A stretch of 64,000 nt of DNA from a virus (taxonomy: Duplodnaviria; Heunggongvirae; Uroviricota; Caudoviricetes): the IMG/VR virus record IMGVR_UViG_3300036768_001066; one strand, 5' to 3'. Both the position numbers and the translations under genes were made by a program. Below are positions 44,460 through 56,400 of the stretch, piece by piece; the stretch's first letter is position 1; every line of letters starts with the position of its first letter. The notes below the pieces were generated by a model. It saw nothing but the letters and a program-made list of their open reading frames with translations. It searched no databases and was not told the origin of the DNA.

Positions 44460-47400
44460 ATGGGAACCAAAAACTCGATAACCTCGCTGCTTGAGCAGTT
44501 CATGATACTCCAGAGGAACTCCTTGGAGATCATATCAAAAATATCGGAGGCCACTACCAGCAACCAAGAATCCGTGCCTATCTCCGTGATACAGGACGAC
44601 GGGACGGAGACGCAGTACGTGATACCTTCGTTCGGTTTCATCAAGCAAGAGATAAGCCGCATCGACAACAATATCCTACAGTTGTCCGGTCTCGGCGACA
44701 CGTCGACGCTCGTGAAGTTACCGGACGGCACGACCAAGAAGATATTCGAGGCGTCAATCCTAAAGGATCCCGCTGCCATCAGCACGCTGCAAGTACCAGC
44801 CGAGTTCCGTATCAAGAACAACTGGTTCTTCGAGAGTTTCCTTAACCCGTTGCTTTACGTATCGTTTGACGTGACCGGGCTCGTCCCAGAAGACATGCGC
44901 AGGGCGGTCGTGAAACGTATCATAGTCGCGGCCAATACCGACGAGCAGAAAAAGTTCTTCGACGACAATTACAAGGGCAAGAACGACATCCAGTTCCAAC
45001 AGTTTCTAATAGACCTTGACAGGCAGAACATCGCGTTCTTCGTGGACGAGGATACGGTGGATTTGCCGCTGTCCGTTGTGAGGTACAAGGGCACGTTCGA
45101 CGTGCTCAAGATTTCCGACGAGGAGGTAGACGTCACATCCAACAGCAAGACCATCACTGTAAAGAAGCGGAAGTACAAGCTCAACAGGCTCTCGTACACC
45201 GACATACTAAGCGGCCTCGAGAACACCAAGACCCTCAAGATAGGGGATGCTGTGATAACCCAAGATGGTTCCAAGTACGAGATAGAATCGCTCGACGCTG
45301 CGGAGAACTCTGTGGTATTCAAGCGTCTCACCGGATCGCAGTCCATAACACTGGGCGCGGACATACTAACGATATACTCACCACCATTCAGGAGCAAAGA
45401 GGTGCAAGTCAACGTCGGATTCGACGAGCGTCAGGTGATATTCTTGAAGCCGATCGATGCTAACTTTGATGTGGCAGCGAGCAGCTACTCGCCTGGCGTT
45501 GGAGTATGGACCAATGAGCTCATAATACCTACAACGTCGGGTAACCTGTCACTCGAGACGTTCTATAAGACACAGGTGGTCGATTTCGGCATGCAGTTCA
45601 TAAATGCTGCCAAGGAAAAGATCATACCGAGCGTACTTGGAGAGATACCAAACGCGCCGACGCTCGACGTGACGAACTTCCAGGTAGTTGCTATAAACGA
45701 ACACAAGAAGGATACTAAAGAGGCCGAAGAGATCAAGCAGAAGCTGACATCTAAGGTTAAACTCGAAAACGAGATACGCGCTATCGACGAATCTATCAAC
45801 AACAAGAAGAACGATCTCAACAATAACTCGAGCACCAAGTCCGACGCAGAGAAGCGTAAGATAAAGGCCGACCTTGAGACGCTTGCTCGCGAGAAAATAT
45901 CCAAGGTGAACTTGTATAGTTCGGTCGTGAAAGAGCTCGCGACTAAGACGAAGGAGAACCCTACCGTTCTGTCATCAACCAAGTACGCTATACGCGGGTT
46001 CTTCCCGATACCAGCACCAAAGCCGAGCACGAAGACCGGCGATCAGGAGGTTATACAGTTCAAGATAGCGTACCGCTACATAAAGAAGGACGGCAACGCG
46101 CCACAGAACCGCGAGATGGCGTTCCTCGACAACGACGGGACGAGAAAATCGGGTTCATTTTCAAACTGGACCGAGATAAAATCAGATGTTCGCAAGCGCA
46201 TCTACAACGAGACCACAGGTTTCTATGAGTGGGACGTAGAGGACGTGCAGGACAACGAGGCGGTCAACATCAACCAGGTGGACATACCGATCTCCAAGGG
46301 AGAGCAGGTACAGATACGCATCAAGTCAATATCGGAGGCCGGATGGCCCCTTAACCCGCTCGAGTCGGACTGGAGCGCGATAATAACCGTGCCGTTCCCG
46401 GAGGATCTCCAGATAGCGGACGACAACGCGGCATCCTTGACGGAGGCTGCTAATGAGGAGACCCGTGTAAAGTTCCAAGAGGAACTGAACGCCAGAGGTC
46501 TCGACTTACACTTGCTGTCATCATTCACGAGCGGAGACAGGTACTATGCACACGCATCGTCCGACATACAATCAGGATTCTTTACTGCAGAGGGTAAGGT
46601 CATCGACCTGTTTGAGAAGCTGAAGAGCATCGACACCGAACTGACAACATTGAGACAACTCATCGAAAAGGCAAAGGGCACACTCGTTCTTTACCTCATC
46701 GACTCAGATGGAAACGTCATCAAGGTCACGCCGAACTCTTCGACATCATTGTTCGCGGGATACTACAAGGACCTCATCAAGACAGGTTCTGGCACATCCG
46801 TAACATTCGAACACGGCAAGGTCATAACAAAGACATACATCCTGCGCGTGGAGAACAGCGCGGCCACTGCACTCGAGCTCGCCAGCTACATGTTCGGCGG
46901 CCAGGGAACAATAGTGGACGCTTCGTTCGGTAACAGCAACACAGACTACGCGAACAACAGGAGGTACGACCACGCTCCGCTCACCCTCACCGGTATAGTG
47001 CAGCCGAACGTCAACTCCATATTCCACCAGTCACCGTTCCAGTCGGCACAGGTGAAAGGACTATGGGCTTACATGAGGTACAAGAACGTGGGTCTCGACG
47101 AGATACTATACGGCAAGACCGTCAACGTCAGTGGCATGGCGACAACGGCAAATCAGGGCGTACCTGGCGTGCTCAACCCGTCTTCGCCGATAAACGGATG
47201 CTACCTGTTCCCTACCGATCCCGGTACGGCTACGGGTCCGGTCGACCCTAACATCTGGAACGGGTCTGGTATCGGCACTGGCGGCGGATTTCTGTCGGAA
47301 TTCTGTTTGCACAAAGACCACCCGGATATTACGGGTGCGTTCGGACCTTCTACGTTCCTTCCACAATTCGTGTCATCAACATCACCTATGCTGTACCCTA

Positions 47401-47948
47401 AGTACATGCACTCGGACTTCTTCTGGAAGGACGTGACTCAGACAGATCCTAAGCAGCAGCTCGCCTACGTGCAGCCGGCGGTTTACACGTCAGGCGCGAC
47501 CGACCCTACACATTATCCGGCCAAGCTCGGCTTCTACAAGAACGACGAGTTCCTTGTGGGAAGGTACACGTGCGGCGCATACCTGTTCCTCGCGCCTCTC
47601 GACTACACAGCAATAGCGGTGGACGGAACGACGGAGCTCGCAAAGAGGCTACTCGAGTTCGGCGAGGAGAAAGCAGTCAACATACCGCTGGTGTTCCAAT
47701 TCAGGTGTTCGGACAAGCTGGCTTACGTCGGCGGGTATCGCTCTACTGGAAACATATCGAACATTACTTATACAAAGAAAATAGGCATCGACATACAGAT
47801 AAGGAACGAGTCGCTCGTGTCCTTCGACGTGGAGGTGTCATGTAAGTACGAACAAGATACGTTAGTCCAGCCAGTATTCGTGCCTAACGTAGCACTCGAC
47901 AGGCTAAGCGCTATCAGGTCTCAGACTACTAACAACAACGCTCAATAA
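44460..47948 (+). CDS. giant (1162 aa) virion-type protein with a central coiled coil
   Basis: Uninterrupted 3.5-kb ORF. Coiled-coil/K-E-rich middle (…KEAEEIKQKLTSKVKLENEIRAIDESINNKKNDL…). Confidence 0.7.
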   Translation: MGTKNSITSLLEQFMILQRNSLEIISKISEATTSNQESVPISVIQDDGTETQYVIPSFGFIKQEISRIDNNILQLSGLGDTSTLVKLPDGTTKKIFEASILKDPAAISTLQVPAEFRIKNNWFFESFLNPLLYVSFDVTGLVPEDMRRAVVKRIIVAANTDEQKKFFDDNYKGKNDIQFQQFLIDLDRQNIAFFVDEDTVDLPLSVVRYKGTFDVLKISDEEVDVTSNSKTITVKKRKYKLNRLSYTDILSGLENTKTLKIGDAVITQDGSKYEIESLDAAENSVVFKRLTGSQSITLGADILTIYSPPFRSKEVQVNVGFDERQVIFLKPIDANFDVAASSYSPGVGVWTNELIIPTTSGNLSLETFYKTQVVDFGMQFINAAKEKIIPSVLGEIPNAPTLDVTNFQVVAINEHKKDTKEAEEIKQKLTSKVKLENEIRAIDESINNKKNDLNNNSSTKSDAEKRKIKADLETLAREKISKVNLYSSVVKELATKTKENPTVLSSTKYAIRGFFPIPAPKPSTKTGDQEVIQFKIAYRYIKKDGNAPQNREMAFLDNDGTRKSGSFSNWTEIKSDVRKRIYNETTGFYEWDVEDVQDNEAVNINQVDIPISKGEQVQIRIKSISEAGWPLNPLESDWSAIITVPFPEDLQIADDNAASLTEAANEETRVKFQEELNARGLDLHLLSSFTSGDRYYAHASSDIQSGFFTAEGKVIDLFEKLKSIDTELTTLRQLIEKAKGTLVLYLIDSDGNVIKVTPNSSTSLFAGYYKDLIKTGSGTSVTFEHGKVITKTYILRVENSAATALELASYMFGGQGTIVDASFGNSNTDYANNRRYDHAPLTLTGIVQPNVNSIFHQSPFQSAQVKGLWAYMRYKNVGLDEILYGKTVNVSGMATTANQGVPGVLNPSSPINGCYLFPTDPGTATGPVDPNIWNGSGIGTGGGFLSEFCLHKDHPDITGAFGPSTFLPQFVSSTSPMLYPKYMHSDFFWKDVTQTDPKQQLAYVQPAVYTSGATDPTHYPAKLGFYKNDEFLVGRYTCGAYLFLAPLDYTAIAVDGTTELAKRLLEFGEEKAVNIPLVFQFRCSDKLAYVGGYRSTGNISNITYTKKIGIDIQIRNESLVSFDVEVSCKYEQDTLVQPVFVPNVALDRLSAIRSQTTNNNAQ

Positions 47949-47955
47949 CGAATAG

Positions 47956-50900
47956 ATGAACTTAAGCGATAAGACCTCGTCCTTCGGATTGGTGAGAACC
48001 AATCCGAAGTTGTCGGGAAACATAAAACTAACGGTTGACTCCAAGGGCGACATCTGGCTAAACACCATAGACGCCAACAAGGTCCTGTCCGGTTCGGAGT
48101 TCAAGAAGTTCCGGCTCTCTCAAACTTCCAGCTTCGACGTGGACGTGCGCGATTTCATCGGGTCCGTCCCACCGGAAGTATTGTTCGAGGTGCGTCAGGA
48201 CTCCAATCCGGAGTCCACCGGCACGAAGTTCGCATCACAGCTTGAGCTGTTCTATTCAATGGGTGCCGAACCACTAATCAGCAAACTTTACGACGAGGCG
48301 TATTCGTACCTCGCGCCGTTGTGGCTGAGGGAGGACATACCGAACTACTTCATAATCCTGAGGGTAGACGAACCCACAGACTTCCCGTACAACGACGACG
48401 TCCCGAGCGGGTCTATAGTTATTGATACACCTACAGAATACAAGGTTGTCGGGGATGGATACCAGGTGGTCTATGAGAACAACCTCTACGTGGACGGCGA
48501 CACCTTCACCAGCAACGTCTCTACAACCTATACAGTTTACCAGGGTAGCGGCAAGGTCGTGAGCTTGAATGAAAACAAGGACCTCCCAATTGACGACGTT
48601 GCGCAGTTCAACAGCATAATGAAGAGAGCGCAGATAATAAAGACGTTCGACCTCACATCTTCGAGCAAGATAGGGCAGTACATACGTAATTTCAGGAACA
48701 ACCCGAGATTTCCTGCCGCGCCTATAACGACTAAGTTCGAGGACGGGCTGATGACTACCTGGAACGGAATAGCGTACCAGGACGGTATTCTATCGAGCAA
48801 GGGCGAGTTTATGCGCAAATACTGGCAGTCCGCGCAGACGCAGATGGAGTTCGAGGAGTACGTGACTAACGGGTTCCAGAGGCACGGCATTATTTGTCCG
48901 CACCTGCTCAACATGGAGTTCCTGTTCAACGACGAGTCGGCAAGCCTCTATAGCATACCAAGGTACTTCGGGTTTTACGTTAACGAGATACCTACGGGAA
49001 GCTTCGAGCTCGACGGCGACAAACTGTTCGCAAACAGAGGTGTTTCGGGCAACACTCCGGCACCTAAGCGTCCTAACCGCGGTTACAGGGACCAGGGCGA
49101 GGCGTTCTACCAGAACAACGAGGACGGCGTGCGACTGTATTACATGAACCCCGACGGATTCATCCCGAGTTCGAACGATTTCACCGGTGCCAATTTCGAG
49201 CCGCGCCTCTACTGGGTGCAGGACAAGAAAGGATTGTTCTACTCGTTCAACCAAAACCCAGAGGTCATCGGCACGTACAACACAACTGACACCGATATTC
49301 AGATCCGCAACAAATCGGTGAACCTCGGTGACTTCGCAGGAGAAGGCAGGAGACTGATTGAGGGGTTCGGTTCGCTGCTGACCGACAAGGGAAGATCGTA
49401 CATGGTGCTGAACGTGAAGGACCAACTGTACCCCGGCGATAAAATAAAGATACACTGGAACATCGGATCACAGACGGACGTCGACGGGCCGTTCGACGAG
49501 ATAACGGCTAACGACCTCCGCAGGGTGTTCACGATTCCGGCCAACGGCACGCTTGTGTCGATATACGGAAACTACGTCCCCTACTACAACGTAGGCGACG
49601 AGATAGAGATCCAATACGGACAGAACGTCCGCATCAAGAGAACCATAGTTTCGGCCGCAGTGTTCTCGCTGGGATATACTACGTTCAACATAAACTTGCC
49701 AATTGACCTCACCACCACAAATGGGCACATATCCATTGTAGAGGGATGGGGTCCTGGCCAGTCGCTCGCGGCTAACAACTACAACCCTATCTACTTCCAC
49801 CCATACGGGACATTGTCCGAGATTGCACAGTCAATAGCATCGGCATTCAACAGGATAGAGCAACGCACTTGGGACGCCATAGCAATAGACAGCGAAGTGG
49901 TGATAAGGATGCGTTCAGGATCAAGCGCGCCGAATGCGTTCTTCTGCAACATTGATGTAACGGACTTCACCAGGATGGAACTACAGCGCCAGCTCGTAAC
50001 GAGCTCGGCACAGAAGGTGTACTTCGAGGGAGGCACCGACAACAACAAGATAAGATTCAGGTACGACCTCGAGAACTTTGAGAGGCTCACTAATAACGGG
50101 GAGGTATTCGTTAAGTCCAAGCTCGGACTCGCAAAGATAGTTCACGTCGGAAGATATGTAGACGATCCCATACTCGAAACCGGTGGTAGCGACATAGCGG
50201 GTCTCGATGGCTGGAACGATTTTGGCGTCGCGTATATCGATGACCTGCTCGATGAACCGCTCGTTGGCACAACCACGAAGACGTTCACCGCGTACAACCT
50301 GTTCAGGCCTAAAGTCGGTCTGTTCTCGTTCTTCAACCTGAAGGACATAGACGGCGACTTCTTCAGCTCATCGTATTCGAGGACTCCAATAAGAGAGTAC
50401 CACAGATACTTCGACATACCGGCAGACGAGCCTAACATGATAGTAGCCGGACGCAGGTACCTCGTACTCGGCGAACCTTCCGACGAAATAGATTACAACG
50501 GTTCTTCCGTGTTCGGCGGTGCCGCATTCTACGGGGTATCCGGCGTTGACTCCTTCACGGTCGTTAACGGAACACCAGTGGTCGTGGCGCTTGTATTCTA
50601 TCAACGCGCGGTGATGCCGTATGAAACACTGATAGCCGGTCACACGTATGTTGTACTCGGTGATACTACAGAATCCATAAACTACGTAGATCCTTTTAAC
50701 AACAACGCACCTACCGTTTACAATACTGGATCTACTTTTGTAGCTCAGCCACTGTTTCCTACATACACGTATTCTATAGGCACGCCTGTCGTAATTGATC
50801 TTGATGCTCGCACACTTGATGGCGACATCCGTTCTTTCCCGGGATTCTTTACGTTCAGGGATTTCTTGACTGTCGAGGAAGAGGCTGTGGACAAGAGCAC

Positions 50901-53388
50901 GCTGTTATTCACGCAGAGGGACAAGTTCTTCTTCAATACGGTACCGTCAGAATATGATTACCTAAAGGAGAACTTCCTTAAAGAGTTTGCCATAAAGTCG
51001 AGGATGATGCCGTCCACGAGCAAGTGGGTCTATTCAGGTGGGACAGACATTCGCGATAACGGATACAGGCTCAACACGCACCCAGTTTTTGGATCGTTCA
51101 ACTTCTCGCCTTCTTTCACACAGAAGACACAGAATCCGGAAGCGTTCACGCACGAGTGGTACTATCTCGAGGGGCAGCCGCACAACTATCCAGAATCGTC
51201 ATTGAACGACAACTACTACTTCTTTCCGGACAAGCTGGACATATCAGATCTCAATAATGCGGATCCGAGCGCACAAGATTACTTCTTGGAGTATTTCACA
51301 TTCCAACCGTCAGCAAACACTCCGGACCAAGACAGGTACACCATATTCGACTTCAACTCGGAGACCGGTGTGTGCGAAACTTTCTTCCGTGGCGTGAAGG
51401 TCCAGATAAAGGAAGTAATCAGAGACACTGCTGCGCCTCAGTTGCGCGCTATCAAACCACCGTTCAAGCAGGGATCGACTAAGTTTGATGGTTACAAATT
51501 TTCATGTATACTGAGAGTGCACAAGGAGACGCCAGAAGTCGTAGAATCTCCGGTCACTATAAACGTCTACAACAACGAGACGTTCAAGACCGTGACCATA
51601 GTGATAGACCTAATACTGGAGGACTACAGGACGCTGTCGCTCATCGATCCAAATAACATGGGCAGCATATACTCGCCGGAAGTTAGGTATCAGGATCTGG
51701 TGGACATATCCACAGATTACATTACTCTGTACTCACTGAAGAGCAAGAAGGTGGAGCACATATACAACAACTCCGGAACTCTACTGCTAACCGGAACCGA
51801 CGTGCACCAGATTGGAGACATCAAGCTGAGCACATCGCTCACCATGGCTTCACCATCGGGGCCGATAGGCCCCTTCACATACGCTTACGTGTACAACAAT
51901 CCGGACTACGATTGGGACCTCAGGGACGAGATTCAGAACTTCAGGAAGGAGAACACCTTCTACGGCAAGTTCGTGTTCGGCGACACCAAGTTCCCATACC
52001 CGCACAGCACCACACAGACGCAAATCCTGTTCGGTATACCAGGGACACCCGGATACCCACAGGATCCGTCGTCCCCGTATGACAACTTTTACGCACCGTT
52101 CAGCGTCGATCAGTTCGACCTACCTGTTGCGTCAAACGCAATATCGATACCGTTCGGATCGTCCTTCGAGTGGCAGGGATTCGCAACGTACCAAAAAGAA
52201 GGTGGAACCAACTTTTACACTCCTATAATGCAGAGGGTGGCATTCGCAACGATCGCACAGAAGATAAACGAGTACAGCCAGTACGTCAAGTATAAGACGT
52301 ACAGGTGGAACGGTTTTACCAACGTAGAGACGAGCGACGAATTCTATCTCGAACTCCTCGAACCAGCAACTATAAACAAGCTCGAATCGCTAATACCGCT
52401 GATTGATGAGGACAAGCCAGAAGAATTCAACAACGTGCCTATCATAGGGGTGAACCTGACCAAGGTCAACTCTGCATCAATTCAGTACCGATACGACGGA
52501 CCTTACGAACCAAAATTCAGGAACGTTTTGTTCTTCAAGGGACAAAAGCAAGACGAGATTGCAGGACCTTCATTTGACCTGTCGTTCAAGCAAGCCACTT
52601 TCAATCCCAACGTGAAGGACTTTGGTCTGATAAAGAACATGAACTACCTCAAGGTGTCCAACAGCAAGGTGCTCGATCTTGCGAACAACGACAAATACAA
52701 GTCACTGTACCCGCTCGTGGGCGAGATTGCTATAGACCAGAAGGATCACTTCGTGTTCCGCTCGAGTTGGGACCCTGGGTTCTGGAGGATGTTCAGCAGC
52801 AAGACCAACTTCGTAAACCAGGCGGGAACTCGCGAGATGAAGGAGATCAAGAACTTCATGGGCACTAAGATAATGAAGACGCAGGACAGCATAAGGTTGC
52901 AGGACTTCACCGTGGAGGAGGTAGCTACGCTTGCCCTAATAAACATGGACAACGTGGATTCCGAGATTGCGTGGACGCAGAATGCTACCACCGTCAGCGG
53001 GCTCGTCAACATAAAGAAGAGGTTGCTCAGGTTCTTCGTGGAGACAGGGGCCAATGCGGAGTTCGTAAAACTCCTGATGCCAGAGTTCGGCGTCGGCGAT
53101 CCGGACTCCATCGACGACGACGTCGTAGAATACTTGACGCTGAACGTGCTGCCGGTTTACGAGGTGAAGCAGGCAGACCCTTATACGAAGAAGTACAAGG
53201 ACAACACCCTTGCATTGCCAATAGTTAGGGGAGACCTTTCGGACGCCAACAAGCTGATAAATGGCTACTCGCACGACAAGAACTTCACAGTGACGAGGAT
53301 TTCGGATTTCTTGTACAGTTTCGAGTACAAGATTGACACCGCATCCGAGGTGTCCATAGCTATATCGTTCGACATCGGGCGAATATAA
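47956..53388 (+). CDS. giant (1810 aa) virion-type protein
   Basis: Uninterrupted 5.4-kb ORF starting 8 nt after the previous stop. No catalytic motif recognised; a search for the RNAP D-x-D-G-D motif found only ELDGD and TLDGD. Confidence 0.7.
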   Translation: MNLSDKTSSFGLVRTNPKLSGNIKLTVDSKGDIWLNTIDANKVLSGSEFKKFRLSQTSSFDVDVRDFIGSVPPEVLFEVRQDSNPESTGTKFASQLELFYSMGAEPLISKLYDEAYSYLAPLWLREDIPNYFIILRVDEPTDFPYNDDVPSGSIVIDTPTEYKVVGDGYQVVYENNLYVDGDTFTSNVSTTYTVYQGSGKVVSLNENKDLPIDDVAQFNSIMKRAQIIKTFDLTSSSKIGQYIRNFRNNPRFPAAPITTKFEDGLMTTWNGIAYQDGILSSKGEFMRKYWQSAQTQMEFEEYVTNGFQRHGIICPHLLNMEFLFNDESASLYSIPRYFGFYVNEIPTGSFELDGDKLFANRGVSGNTPAPKRPNRGYRDQGEAFYQNNEDGVRLYYMNPDGFIPSSNDFTGANFEPRLYWVQDKKGLFYSFNQNPEVIGTYNTTDTDIQIRNKSVNLGDFAGEGRRLIEGFGSLLTDKGRSYMVLNVKDQLYPGDKIKIHWNIGSQTDVDGPFDEITANDLRRVFTIPANGTLVSIYGNYVPYYNVGDEIEIQYGQNVRIKRTIVSAAVFSLGYTTFNINLPIDLTTTNGHISIVEGWGPGQSLAANNYNPIYFHPYGTLSEIAQSIASAFNRIEQRTWDAIAIDSEVVIRMRSGSSAPNAFFCNIDVTDFTRMELQRQLVTSSAQKVYFEGGTDNNKIRFRYDLENFERLTNNGEVFVKSKLGLAKIVHVGRYVDDPILETGGSDIAGLDGWNDFGVAYIDDLLDEPLVGTTTKTFTAYNLFRPKVGLFSFFNLKDIDGDFFSSSYSRTPIREYHRYFDIPADEPNMIVAGRRYLVLGEPSDEIDYNGSSVFGGAAFYGVSGVDSFTVVNGTPVVVALVFYQRAVMPYETLIAGHTYVVLGDTTESINYVDPFNNNAPTVYNTGSTFVAQPLFPTYTYSIGTPVVIDLDARTLDGDIRSFPGFFTFRDFLTVEEEAVDKSTLLFTQRDKFFFNTVPSEYDYLKENFLKEFAIKSRMMPSTSKWVYSGGTDIRDNGYRLNTHPVFGSFNFSPSFTQKTQNPEAFTHEWYYLEGQPHNYPESSLNDNYYFFPDKLDISDLNNADPSAQDYFLEYFTFQPSANTPDQDRYTIFDFNSETGVCETFFRGVKVQIKEVIRDTAAPQLRAIKPPFKQGSTKFDGYKFSCILRVHKETPEVVESPVTINVYNNETFKTVTIVIDLILEDYRTLSLIDPNNMGSIYSPEVRYQDLVDISTDYITLYSLKSKKVEHIYNNSGTLLLTGTDVHQIGDIKLSTSLTMASPSGPIGPFTYAYVYNNPDYDWDLRDEIQNFRKENTFYGKFVFGDTKFPYPHSTTQTQILFGIPGTPGYPQDPSSPYDNFYAPFSVDQFDLPVASNAISIPFGSSFEWQGFATYQKEGGTNFYTPIMQRVAFATIAQKINEYSQYVKYKTYRWNGFTNVETSDEFYLELLEPATINKLESLIPLIDEDKPEEFNNVPIIGVNLTKVNSASIQYRYDGPYEPKFRNVLFFKGQKQDEIAGPSFDLSFKQATFNPNVKDFGLIKNMNYLKVSNSKVLDLANNDKYKSLYPLVGEIAIDQKDHFVFRSSWDPGFWRMFSSKTNFVNQAGTREMKEIKNFMGTKIMKTQDSIRLQDFTVEEVATLALINMDNVDSEIAWTQNATTVSGLVNIKKRLLRFFVETGANAEFVKLLMPEFGVGDPDSIDDDVVEYLTLNVLPVYEVKQADPYTKKYKDNTLALPIVRGDLSDANKLINGYSHDKNFTVTRISDFLYSFEYKIDTASEVSIAISFDIGRI

Positions 53389-53394
53389 GTCAGG

Positions 53395-53405
53395 GATATA
53401 TAAGG
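53395..53405 (+). promoter_or_regulatory. GATATATAAGG motif instance
   Basis: 25 nt upstream of ATG 53430. Confidence 0.4.
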
Positions 53406-53429
53406 AAGATAAATGAGAATAAAACATAG

Positions 53430-56400
53430 ATGGCAACCGTACTAAATCTATTCAGGCTTATACCGAGCGACGACCAGCAGTTGTTCACGGACAAGTGCAA
53501 CTTTAACTTCGACCAGATTTTGAATATGGGCGGGGGTCCTCCAGGTATTCAGGGCATCCAGGGCATCCAGGGTGTACCTGGAAGTCAGGGCATCCAGGGA
53601 TTCCAGGGTGACCCGGGCGTGCCTGGCACCAAGTGGTACGTGGAGAACACGGACCCCATCTCGTTTGGTCCGATAACGCCGGCTCCAGCCGAAGGCGATT
53701 ACTGGTTCGACACTAATACGCTCAACATCTACCAGTACGCGGGTTCGCCCCCATCGTGGACGCTCATCGGCAACCTCACGGTTTCCGGCGTGTTCAAGGA
53801 CGCCATCGGTGACTCTGACCGTGTTATATTCAGCAGCCCTACGCCGCTCAAGTCCCTCGTTCTATCCCCGATAAACTACGGCGTTGGAGCGCCACAGACG
53901 GGGCCGTACAAGCTAAAACTTATCGGATCTCCGGGCTCGCCACAGCAGATGTTCGGTGTGCTCGAGTCTGGCGCAGAGAACCTTGCGGCAAAGCAATCGT
54001 ACATCTCCGTAAATACCATAATCGCAAATACCGAATACTCGTGGGAGCTCGTAAACCCAACCGGCAACATCGAGTTCTCTGCATTTGGAACATCTCTCGA
54101 CTTAATAAAGCAGACGGGCACGGGCAGCATAAGCAGGTACGAGTTCAACAGCAACGCGTTCAAAATACAGCTCAACCCTACCGAGAGGTTGATGTCGTTC
54201 TACAACACACCATCCGGATTAAACTGGCACGTGGGCGGACACAACGCATTGACGAGTTCGACCGAGAGGTTGTTCTCCATAAATGACAGCGGGTCCATAG
54301 GCGTAGCCAACGCTTTCAGCAACGCCGTCGCCGGTGATGCTACGCCTTACGATTTCAGGTACGACCAGCTCAACGTGCAGCTTCCGGTAACGGCCGGCGC
54401 CACAAACATGTGGGCACGCTGGAGGGCAAAAGTATCGGGGTTCAACACAGACCAGCTCAACTTCAGGAACGTGAGAAGCTTCTTCGAATCTTCCGGCATG
54501 CCGTGGAGATCTTCGGAGATGCGCATAGAGCACAAGACCGACGCCACGTATAACCACTTCATAGCACTCGGAGGCGGCGCAACATCTGCCAACACGACCG
54601 TAGGAGTCTTCACATTCGTCAACCCACCAAGGCCGGCATTAAGATTCGGTACAGGCGGTACGGCCAATGACGGATACTACTTCGCGGCGGACTCTGGTCC
54701 ATCTGGCGGAGGCGGACTCCCGCGCATGTGGATGGGCGACCCGGACTACATCAAGACCGCGACAGGAACCCTGCTTGGCGGACTTGTAGGTGCAAAGCTT
54801 AACGTGCAGAGCTACAACGCGGCCGCAGGATTCGGTACATCAGGACACTCGAACATACACCTCGCGCCCGGAACTGGCGCTGGCGATTATTCCATACACG
54901 GCATCACGGCCGGGCACCCCGCTTCCGGCAGTGCATCGGACGGTGGTCTCATATTCCAGGGATGGGACAGCGCGAATACAAGGCTGATGTCGACGAGCCT
55001 CGCGGCAGGCGATACTCTTACTGCCGGCATGAGAAACCAGGTATCGGCTTGGTCAAATGGCGAGACATACTTCTGGTCGAGGTCCGACGGTAATGGATTC
55101 TTCCGAATCAGGTCAGGCGCAGTCTACGCAGGCACGCAGTCCAACCCTACAGTCACACAGATGTGGGCGAACGACATCACCACCCTTAGTGGGTACAACT
55201 GGTCAACTGGTCAGAAGTCGATTGTAATAAACGACAGCACCAACTATTCGGGATTCGGAGACGGATTCGTGGGTATAGGCGACAGGTTCAGCGAGTACAT
55301 CACCGCTGGTCCTGCGGTTCTCACAACCGGCAAGTGGTATAAGGGCCCGTGGAGTGGAGCGCCGGTTCACAACGGCATAGACTATCTTGATTTCGTTCCA
55401 TTCCAAGCGGCAAACGCGACATTAACGGCCGGAACAGTCGTCGAGGCCAAGCCTCAGACGAAGTTCCAAGTTTACGGCGCCGTGACCATAGGATCGAGGT
55501 CAAACATTCTCAATTACGCTTCCGACGTAGGCGACGTATCGTTCACGGTAGGTACCAATAACAAGGCGGCAGGGCTAAGGTCCGTTGTCCTCGGTGGCAA
55601 CGGTAACCAGTCGAACGCTAACGACGCGATAATGATAGGCTGGAGCGGATCTCCGGTCGTGAACACAACATTCGCCAACACTATATCGCTCGTGACTGCC
55701 ACGCACGCAAGCACGGCAGGCCCCGCTTCGTACTTGGCCACCACACTGTTCGCGCCTGGTGATATAAGTTTTGGAACTCCACGCTACAGGATCAGTTCCT
55801 CCCCGATAATATTCGCATCCACCGCTGTGCCGGTGCCGCAGTTCGGCGTAGTATCGGAGGTAGGCGACATGGCGCGTGTACTCCTGCTCGAGGGCAGGAA
55901 CACGGGAACTACTTTTGGCGGAGGTCCAAGCCCTTATCTCACAGGCATTCCAGTTATGCTGGAATACGCGGTCAAGAATGGCTCAGGTGCGCAGAGGTCC
56001 ATTGGTGCAGTCATGGGAGAGTACTACGAGGTATCGGGAACGAACCCGACCAACCAACGCGGTAGAATATCCATCGCCGTAAACAGCGGCGCGAGTTTGT
56101 ATCCAGTCGCCAACTTCAGCGCGTCTGGTCTGCAATTCATAGGACAATTCTTCAAGCCGAAGATCAGCGTCGCGCAGAACGGCGTTGTTGGAGGTAGCGG
56201 CATAGCCCTCAGCATATCAGGCGGTGCGGCGAACACCGGAGGCGGCCCAGCAACGGGCGGTCACGTGCTGATAGATGCAGGTCCTGGAGCGAACACTGGA
56301 CTGAACGGTATCGTGGCTGTCGGAGCGGCCGGTTCTACATACGCGGTAAACATAACGCCGTCGACACAGGTAACGATCGGGTCCATATCATCAGGAGCCA

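Noticed and set aside
47956-53388. Virion or giant RNA polymerase (crAss-like or phiKZ-like) hidden in the 1810-aa ORF
   Set aside because: Searched by eye for the D-x-D-G-D / NADFDGD metal-binding motif and found only ELDGD and TLDGD without the first Asp. No other polymerase motifs were seen, so it is treated as structural.
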